A stretch of 27,679 nucleotides of DNA from Octopus sinensis (lineage: Eukaryota), in assembly GCF_006345805.1 (NCBI RefSeq), contig NW_021832659.1:1-27679 (forward strand), read 5' to 3'. The position numbers were made by a program, and so were the translations under genes. This document shows, in pieces, positions 1-8,143 of the stretch (its first letter is position 1; each line of letters starts with the position of its first letter). The notes under the pieces were generated by a model. The model worked only from the letters and a program-made list of their open reading frames with translations. It had not been told where the DNA came from and searched no databases.

Positions 1-30
1 GGTAGGCGGAAACTGAAAGAAGCCTGTCGT
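1..30 (+). mobile_element. SINE family 1, end of 5' half (cut by window edge), followed by (TA)n
   Basis: GGTAGGCGGAAACTGAAAGAAGCCTGTCGT matches the segment preceding the internal (TA)n in the full copies (e.g. 201-230). Confidence 0.8.
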
Positions 31-66
31 ATATATGTATATATATATATTATATATATATATGTA

Positions 67-411
67 GGCGCAGGAGTGGGTGTGTGGTAAGTAGCTTGCT
101 AACCAACCACATGGTTCCGGGTTCAGTCCCACTGCGTGGCACCTTGGGCAAGTGTCTTCTGCTATAGCCTCGGGCTGACCAATGCCCTGCGAGTGGATTT
201 GGTAGACGGAAACTGAAAGAAGCCTGTCGTATATATTATATATATATATGTTTGTGTGTCTGTGTTTGTCCCCCTAGCATTGCTTGACAACCGATGCTGG
301 TGTGTTTACGTCCCCGTCACTTAGCGGTTCGGCAGGGTCGATTTGCTCGACGAAAGGCGGTGCTCCAGCATGGCCGCTGTCAAATGACTGAAACAAGTAA
401 AGAGTAAAGAG
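67..411 (+). mobile_element. tRNA-derived SINE family 1 (cephalopod/Octopus-type), with a 47-bp internal deletion
   Basis: Head GGCGCAGGAGTGG.TGTGTGG (A-box-like), GGTTCAGTCCC (B-box-like), ACCTTGGGCAAG (CORE-like start), internal (TA)n and tail CAAATGACTGAAACAAGTAAAGAG. Lacks the 47 nt AAAGAGACCGATAG...AAGTCCCG after position 334 relative to the 6984 copy. Confidence 0.9.
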
Positions 412-443
412 ATATAAATATATATATATATATAGAAACATAT

Positions 444-644
444 CTCTTTTTACTCTTTTACTTGTTTCAGTCATTTGACTGCGGCCATGCTGGAGCACCG
501 CCTTTAATCGAGCAACTCGACCCCGGGACTTTTGTAAGCCCAGTACTTATTCAATCGGTCTCTTTTGCCGACCCGCTAAGTAACGGGGGACATAAACACA
601 CCAGCATCGGTTGTCAAGCAATCCTAGGAGGACAAACACACACA

Positions 645-705
<61 letters not shown>

Positions 706-861
706 GACGGGGTTCTTTCAGTTTCCGTCTACCAAATCCACTCACAAGGCTTTGGTCGGCCCGAGGCTATAGTAGAAGACAATTGCCGAAGGTGCCACGC
801 AGTGGAACTGAACCCGGAACCATGTGGCTGGTAAAGAAGCTACTTACCACACAGCCACTCC
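444..861 (-). mobile_element. tRNA-derived SINE family 1, near full length
   Basis: Reverse complement of the same family, from CTCTTTTACTTGTTTCAGTCATTTGACTG to CTTACCACACAGCCACTCC. Confidence 0.9.
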
Positions 862-1100
862 GATACATGTACGTGTTTCTATATGTATATATGTGTATAT
901 AATATATGTATGTGTATAAACTTGTATATATATATGTGTGTATAAATGTTTACGTTTGTAGTTACATATGCATATATATGAATTTATATGTGTGTACGTA
1001 TATAAATATATGAATGCAAATATTTGGAATGAATGTATATGTGTGTGTGTATGTGTACATATGCATGTATATCTATATATATGTATATATATGTCTGTGA
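862..1100. repeat. Degenerate compound (TA)/(TG)/(TATG) microsatellite
   Basis: Low-complexity alternating purine-pyrimidine sequence read directly. Confidence 0.8.
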
Positions 1101-1209
1101 GTGTGTTATATCTATGTGAACTTTTTCTCACGTATACGACTAAGAAGCAATAAGGATAAACTGTGCGTGTATAATTGGCCACAAAAAAATGGACATCCCC
1201 ACGTATGGA

Positions 1210-1255
1210 CTGTCTATCTATCTGTCTGTCTGTCTATCTATCTTATCTATCTATC

Positions 1256-1287
<32 letters not shown>

Positions 1288-1356
1288 ATATAATATATAG
1301 ATCTATAATATATATATATATATATGTCTAGATATATATATGTATATATATTATTT

Positions 1357-1387
<31 letters not shown>

Positions 1388-1802
1388 ACATATCTAGATA
1401 TTTATACATATCTAGATATATATATATATATATACATATCTAGATTATATAATATATAATATATATACATATCTAGATAGATATATATATATATATATAT
1501 ATACTATCTAGATATATATATATATATATACATATCTAGATATATAATATATATATATATACATATCTAGATATATATAATATTATATATATACATATCT
1601 AGATATATATATATATATATACATATCTAGAATATATATATATATATACATATCTAGATATATATATATATATATACATATCTATATATATATATATATA
1701 CATATCTAGATATATATATATATATATATACCATATCTAGATATATATATATACATATCTAGATATATATATATACATATCTAGATATATATATATATAT
1801 AT
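1210..1802. repeat. (TCTG/TCTA)n followed by a compound minisatellite (TA)n-CATATCTAGA
   Basis: About 14 TCTAGA-centred units separated by variable (TA)n between ~1325 and 1802; N bases at 1535 and 1705. Confidence 0.9.
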
Positions 1803-1981
1803 AGTTGTGAAATCAATGGTCACTTTAGCCGGCGATAACAATCTTCCGAGTGCACGTATATATTGCGTATTAGTGATATAACATCGCGTATTTATATTCG
1901 AATATACACCATGTATATGTAATATAATGCATGGTTTTATGTCGTTATAAGAAAAACAATCATACAGTTATCTGATGGATG

Positions 1982-2657
<676 letters not shown>

Positions 2658-2671
2658 TATATAATATGGGC

Positions 2672-2750
2672 ACCAGGTGAAAAAAAATAAGTGTTTGGTA
2701 GATCCGTTCGACTAAAAGTTTTTCAGTCTGTTGCCCCAGCTTGGCCGCAG
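2672..2750 (+). mobile_element. Degenerate SINE 3'-tail remnant
   Basis: AATAAGTG...GATCCGTTCGACTAAAA...TGCCCCAGCTTGGCCGCAG resembles the family 1 tail. Confidence 0.55.
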
Positions 2751-2764
2751 ATATATATGTGTAT

Positions 2765-2831
2765 GATTTTGATTTTGATTTTGATTTTTCCAGTTTCAGC
2801 TAATGAGCTGTGGCCATGCTGGGGCACCGCC
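2765..2831 (-). mobile_element. Variant retroposon 3' tail ending in (AAAATC)n
   Basis: Minus strand reads GGCGGTGCCCCAGCATGGCCACAGCTCATTAGCTGAAACTGG(AAAATC)n, homologous to the family 1 tail but with a different stem-loop sequence and terminal repeat. Confidence 0.7.
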
Positions 2832-3024
2832 ATTTGGTTTGCTACACGGTTTTACCTCACGGATGCTTTTTAGCAAACGCCATTTGACGCCATCTATATA
2901 TATGTGTGTGTGTGGTGTATTTATATAGTTAAAGATAAGATCGTTATTTAAATATCGAACTTACCAAGTGGCAAGCATGGGAATAAAAACTTTCAGAGGT
3001 AATAATTATTATTAAAATTATAAG

Positions 3025-3834
3025 TTTCTTTATTGGCCACACAGTGCTGCACACAGATGGGACAAGTTACAAGGTAGAGCTTTTCTTTTGGGGGATGAAA
3101 AAAACAAAAAACAAAAGAAAAAAAAGGGGTGGCGTAGGTTTTCGATGAAGAGGGATCGTAAAAGGGAAGAAAAAAAACAAAAAAAAAATAAATAAATAAA
3201 ATAAAAAATAAAAAGAATAAAAAGAACAAAAAAGAAAAGGAAAAGGAACAAAAGGAAAGAGAAATGAAAAAAGGGGGAATAAAGGAAAAGAGGAAAAAAA
3301 ATAACGATCAATAGGGATCGTGTATCACAGTGTTATGATATATGGTGTAAAGGGGAAAGCAAGTAAGGTTTATCCGTGGGAAGAAAAGCCTACGAAAAAG
3401 ACCACGGTAACCTTGGTAAATATTGTTATATGTTACCACATTTGTTTGCAAGTGGGTAACCCTCTGTTTTCAATTTCTGGGTTCATAGGATTATACTCAA
3501 GGTGGCTTCGTCATTCATACGTGCCATACTTGCTACATTCACCCATCTTTTTTAAAAACATTCGCTAGACAAAACTTGCCTCTCTACTCTCACTTTCCTA
3601 TTCAAGTGGTACTTGAAGAAGTTGATGAGAGATTGACCAGAGAGGAAAGTGTTTGTCTCCAATCCTTTCAGAAAAAGAAAAAGGGGGAAGAGGAAAAAAA
3701 CAGAACGATCAATAGGGATCGTGTATCACAGTGTTATGATATATGGTGTAAAGGGGAAAGCAAGTAAGGTTTATCCGTGGGAAGAAAAGCCTACGAAAAA
3801 GACCACGGTAACCTTTGTCAATATTGTTATATGT
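3025..3834 (-). mobile_element. 5'-truncated non-LTR retrotransposon (L1/Tx1-like) 3' end, with a duplicated 3'UTR segment at its 5' junction
   Basis: ORF2-like C-terminus at 3671-3483, T-rich 3'UTR with hairpins, AATAAA at 3034-3029 on the minus strand, and TAAG on both sides (3021-3024 and 3835-3838) as a candidate short target-site duplication. Confidence 0.72.
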
Positions 3835-3836
3835 TA
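3303..3836. repeat. 133-bp direct repeat (3303-3435 and 3704-3836)
   Basis: AACGATCAATAGGGATCGTG...ATATTGTTATATGTTA occurs twice, 401 bp apart, with 2 mismatches. Confidence 0.95.
3483..3671 (-). pseudogene. LINE ORF2 C-terminal fragment with an in-frame stop
   Basis: Manual translation LKGLETNTFLSGQSLINFFKYHLNRKVRVERQVLSSECF*KRWVNVASMARMNDEATLSIIL*. The F..L..(R/K)...E......F..RW pattern resembles Tx1-clade ORF2 C-termini (from memory). Internal TAA at 3554-3552. Not in the supplied ORF track. Confidence 0.62.
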
Positions 3837-4060
3837 AGGGCATCTAAGAGATACCACCACGCTGGAAAGAGCAGCCAAAATTTGACTCTAAAACAACATA
3901 AAAAGTTTAAATGTTCATACAGCACCAGGAGAGAAGTGTGCTCTATGAAGTTAGAAACCTTAAATTATAATTCTATATATGTGTATATATATATATATAG
4001 ATAGATAGATATGTTCAAAAACACTACATATGATATATGAATATTATATACACATACAGA

Positions 4061-4165
4061 GCAGGCGTCGCTATATTGTAAGAAGCATGGTTCCGGGTTC
4101 AGTCGCACTGCGCGGCACTTTGGACAAATGTCTTTTTAACTGTAGGTTCGGTTTGACCAAAGCCT
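4061..4165 (+). mobile_element. Old degenerate SINE family 1 head
   Basis: CATGGTTCCGGGTTCAGTCGCACTGCGCGGCACTTTGGACAAATGTCTT...GACCAAAGCCT. Confidence 0.7.
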
Positions 4166-4177
4166 ATATATATTCGT

Positions 4178-4413
4178 TTATTCTTTTATTCTTTTACTTG
4201 TTTCAGTCATTTGACTGCGGCCATGCTGGAGCACCGCCTTTTAGCCGAGCAACTCGACCCCGGGACTTATTCTTTTGTAAGCCCAGTACTTATTCTATCG
4301 GTCTCTTTTGCCGAACCACTAAGTGACGGGGACGTAAACACACCAGCATCGGTTGTCAAGCAATGCTAGGGGGACAAACACAGACACACAAACACACACA
4401 CACACACACACAC

Positions 4414-4463
<50 letters not shown>

Positions 4464-4637
4464 ACACATATATACGACAGTCTTCTTTCAGTTTCCGTCT
4501 ACCAAATCCACTCAAAAGGCATTGGTTGGCCCGGGGCTATAGCAAAAGACAGTCGCCCAAGAGGCCACGCAGTGGGACTGAACCCGGAACCATGTGGTTG
4601 GTAAACAAGCTACCTACCACACAGCCACTTCTGCGCC
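4178..4637 (-). mobile_element. SINE family 1, full length, with an expanded internal (CA)/(TA) tract
   Basis: Reverse complement from CTTTTACTTGTTTCAGTC to ACAGCCACTTCTGCGCC, followed by ~100 bp of (TA)n. Confidence 0.92.
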
Positions 4638-4659
4638 TATATATATATATATATATATA

Positions 4660-4739
<80 letters not shown>

Positions 4740-4745
4740 TTAAAT

Positions 4746-4819
4746 AATGAGGGAGATGAATTGAATATTAAATTAATTAATATCAATTTAACACCAGTAG
4801 CCTAGCATACAAAAATCAG

Positions 4820-4857
<38 letters not shown>

Positions 4858-5012
4858 CATACACACACACATATATACATGTCCCTATATATATATATAT
4901 ATATAACATACAAATTTATACAAATCTATTATCTCCCTAGTTTTATGTGCTAAGCCACTTGGTGTTAAATTGATGGTATTATTAAATTAATATCAAATTT
5001 TACACCCTCATT
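4746..5012. repeat. Imperfect ~70-bp inverted repeat around a microsatellite spacer
   Basis: Arms ~4746-4814 and ~4941-5012. Perfect 15-bp core ATCAATTTAACACCA (4782-4796) pairs with TGGTGTTAAATTGAT (4960-4974); outer ends AATGAGGG and CCCTCATT. Confidence 0.7.
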
Positions 5013-5020
5013 CATAAATA

Positions 5021-5053
<33 letters not shown>

Positions 5054-5056
5054 AAT

Positions 5057-5250
5057 TGTGTGTTTTTGTCCCCACCCCACCACTATCGCTTGGCAACCGA
5101 TATTGCTGTATTTACATTCCTGCAAACTAGCGGTTCGACAGAAGACCCGATAGAATATGTACGAGGCTTACAAAGTGTGTGTTCTAGCGTTTATATATTT
5201 ACTCGATTAAAGCCCTTTAAGGCGTTGCTACAGCACGGCCGCAGTCAAAG
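5057..5250 (+). mobile_element. Old degenerate SINE family 1 3' half
   Basis: TTGTCCCC...GCTTGGCAACCGAT...TAGCGGTTCGAC...CCGATAGAATA...GGCCGCAGTCAAA. Confidence 0.7.
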
Positions 5251-5378
5251 TACCTACACCGGTGAAAAGGACAAAATATTCACTTCTGTCTCTTATTCCA
5301 CATATCATAGGTACTTTTTATGGCCCTGGAGCCCTGGGAAGAGTATATACTTCTAATCGACTGTATCAGTTATATATA

Positions 5379-5906
5379 TTTATTTCTTATTGCCCACAAG
5401 GGGCTAGGGATTAAGTCGATGACTTCGACCCCACTGCGTAACTGGTACTTAATTTATCGACCCCGAAAGGATGAAAGGCAAAGTCGACCTAAGCGGAATT
5501 TGAACTCGGAACTTAACGGCAGACGAAATACCTGTTTCTTTACTACCCACAAGGGACTACATACATAGGGGACAAACAAGGACAGACAAACGGATTAAGT
5601 CGATTATATCAACCCCAGTGCGTAACTGGTACTTATTTAATCGACCCCGAAAGGATGAAAGGCAAAGTCGACCTAAACGGAATTTGAACTCGGAACGTAA
5701 CTGCAGACGAAATACCTATTTCTTTACTACCCACAAGGGACTACATACAGAGGGGACAAACAAGGACGGACACACGGATTAAGTCGATTATACCAACCCC
5801 AGTGCGTAACTGGTACTTATTTAATCGACTCCGAAAGGATGAAAGGCTAAGTCGACCTCGGCGGAATTTGAACTCGGAACGTCGCTAACATTTCTGCCAG
5901 CTCGCC
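5379..5906 (-). mobile_element. tRNA-derived SINE family 2, head-to-tail tandem trimer with a 184-bp period
   Basis: GGATGAAAGG recurs at 5469, 5653 and 5837. Minus strand has head GGCGAGCTGGCAGAAATG (A-box-like), GAGTTCAAATTCC (B-box) in each unit, central GTCGACTTTGCCTTTCATCCTTTCGGGGTCGA and tail CCCTTGTGGGTAGTAAAGAAA. Confidence 0.85.
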
Positions 5907-5964
5907 GTATCAATTATATATATAATGCCTTTCTATCTTTCTGTCTGTCTGCATAAATATATAT

Positions 5965-6353
5965 GAGTGGCTGTGTGGTAAGTAGCTTGTCTACCAACCA
6001 CATGGTTCCGGGTTCAGTCCCACTGCATGGCACTCTGGGCAAGTCTCTTCTGCTATAGCCTCGGGCCGACCAAAGCCTTGTGAGTGGATTTGGTAGACGG
6101 AAACTGAAAGAAGCCCGTCGTATATATGTATATATGTATATATGCGTGTGTGTGTTTTTGTCCCCTAGCATTGCTTGACAACCGATGCTGGTGTGTTTAT
6201 GTCCCCGATACTTAGCGGTTCGGCAAAAGGGACCGATAGAATAAGTACTGGGCTTACAAAAGAATAAGTCCCGGGGTCGAGTTGTCGATTAAAAGGCGGT
6301 GCTGCAGCATGGCCGCAGTCAAATGACTGAAACAAGTAAAAGAGTAAAAGAGT
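5965..6353 (+). mobile_element. SINE family 1, near full length
   Basis: GAGTGGCTGTGTGG...GAAACAAGTAAAAGAGTAAAAGAGT. Confidence 0.92.
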
Positions 6354-6470
6354 ATATCTTATACTCAACAATACTGTTGGCTGTGACTTCGAAGTGTCGG
6401 CCATCTTTCTGTTATAAGAATAATAAATGAAACCACCAAATTTATGTAACATTCTTTCATTTTAGCTGAA

Positions 6471-6625
6471 CACACACACACACACATACATACATACATA
6501 CTTACATACTTACATACATACATACACACATACATTCATACACACACACACACACACATATACATACATACATACATAAATACACACACAGACAGACAGA
6601 CAGACAGACAGACAGGCAGGCACAC

Positions 6626-6656
<31 letters not shown>

Positions 6657-6703
6657 TACATACATACATACATACATACCACACACATACATACACACAC
6701 ACA
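6471..6703. repeat. Compound (CA)n/(CATA)n/(CAGA)n microsatellite
   Basis: Read directly. Confidence 0.95.
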
Positions 6704-6712
6704 TAAATTTAT

Positions 6713-6987
6713 AGGCGTGGCAGTGCGGTAAGAATGGATTTAATAGCCGGAAACTGAAAGAAACCCGTCGTACGTAAATACATATTTTTGTGTGTGAGTG
6801 TGTGTTTGTGTACGTGTGTTACGACAATCGGTATTTGTTTGGTTACGTTCTCGAAGGCTTAGCGCTCCGACATTAGTGGCCAGGTAAAGAGAAACATAGA
6901 TACCAGGTTAGAGTTATTCGACTAACGATTCCTCAACGCAATGCTCCAGCAAGGCCGCAGTCAAATGAGTGAAAGAAGTAAAAGAGT
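6713..6987 (+). mobile_element. Old, internally deleted SINE family 1 copy
   Basis: CGGAAACTGAAAGAAACCCGTCGT...TGCTCCAGCAAGGCCGCAGTCAAATGAGTGAAAGAAGTAAAAGAGT. Confidence 0.72.
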
Positions 6988-7160
6988 GGCTGTGTGGTTA
7001 GTAGCTTGCTAACCAACCACATGGTTCCGGGTTCAGTCCCACTGCGTGGCATCTTGGGCGAGTGTCTTCTGCTATAGCCCCGGGCCGACTAATGCCTTGT
7101 GAGTGGATTTGCTAGACGGAAACTGAAAGAAGCCTGTCGTATGTATATATATATATATAA

Positions 7161-7197
<37 letters not shown>

Positions 7198-7403
7198 TTG
7201 TTTGTGTGTCTGTGTTTGTCCCCCTAGCATTGCTTGACAACCGATGCTAGTGTGTTTTCGTCCCCGTCACTTAGCGGTTCGGCAAAAGAGACCGATAGAA
7301 TAAGTACTGGGCTTACAAAGAATAAGTCCCGGGGTCGATTTGCTCGACTAAAGGCGGTGCTCCAGCATGACCACAGGAAAAACGACTAGCGCGAGTAAAA
7401 GAA
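6984..7403 (+). mobile_element. SINE family 1 with an altered terminal stem-loop region
   Basis: Canonical up to CCAGCATGACCACAG (~7376), then GAAAAACGACTAGCGCGAGTAAAAGAA. Confidence 0.88.
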
Positions 7404-7564
7404 TAATAGAATATATAAACGTGCAGACATATATATATATGTGTGTGTGCGTACATAAATATATATATATACACACGTATATACGTGCAGGCATATATAT
7501 ATATACATACATACATACATTATATTTGTCTATGCGTATGTGTGTATATGTATATATATATATA

Positions 7565-7980
7565 GGCGCAGGAGTGGCTGTGTGGTAAGTAGCTTGCTAA
7601 TGAACCACATGGTTCCGGGTTCAGTCCCACTGCGTGGCATCTTGGTCAAGTGTCTTCTGCTATAGCCCCAGGCCGACCAAAGCCTTGTGAGTGGGTATGG
7701 TAGACGGAAACTGAAAGAAGCCTGTCGTATATATATATATATAATATATATATATATATGTATGTGTGTGTATATGTTTGTGTGTCTGTGTTTGTCCCTC
7801 TAGCATTGCTTGACAACCGATGCTGGTGTGTTTATGTCCCCGTTACTTAGCGGTTCGGCAAAAGAGACCGATAGAATAAGTACTGGGCTTACAAAAGAAT
7901 AAATCCCGGGGTCGAGTTGCTCGACTAAAGGCAGTGCTCCAGCATGGCCGCAGTCAAATGACTGAAACAAGTAAAAGAGT
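7565..7980 (+). mobile_element. SINE family 1, full length
   Basis: GGCGCAGGAGTGGCTGTGTGG...GAAACAAGTAAAAGAGT, flanked by (TA)n on both sides. Confidence 0.93.
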
Positions 7981-7983
7981 ATA

Positions 7984-8017
<34 letters not shown>

Positions 8018-8143
8018 CGTAATATATTATACAGCAAAATATGTGTATATATGTGTGTATATATGGATAGATACATACATACATACATATACACACAGAC
8101 AGACAATTAAGAAAAGTCCCAATGAAAAATGATCCTATATCAT

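Larger units (their letters stand above)
2965..3887 (-). other. Candidate 109-bp host exon (3887-3839 plus 3024-2965) interrupted by the LINE
   Basis: Minus-strand acceptor TTTTTATGTTGTTTTAG before 3887 and donor GTAAGT after 2965. The rejoined sequence has a single open frame, VKFWLLFPAWWYLLDALIILIIIITSESFYSHACHL. Confidence 0.4.

Noticed and set aside
67-145. Functional tRNA genes at SINE heads
   Set aside because: A- and B-box-like motifs are present, but there is no canonical T-loop or cloverleaf and each head continues into a SINE body.
2993-3311. Phe-rich membrane-protein ORFs
   Set aside because: Translation of the T-rich LINE 3'UTR.
5251-5370. Possible exon in unique sequence
   Set aside because: Splice-like sites occur on both strands, but there is no convincing acceptor-frame-donor combination or recognisable peptide.
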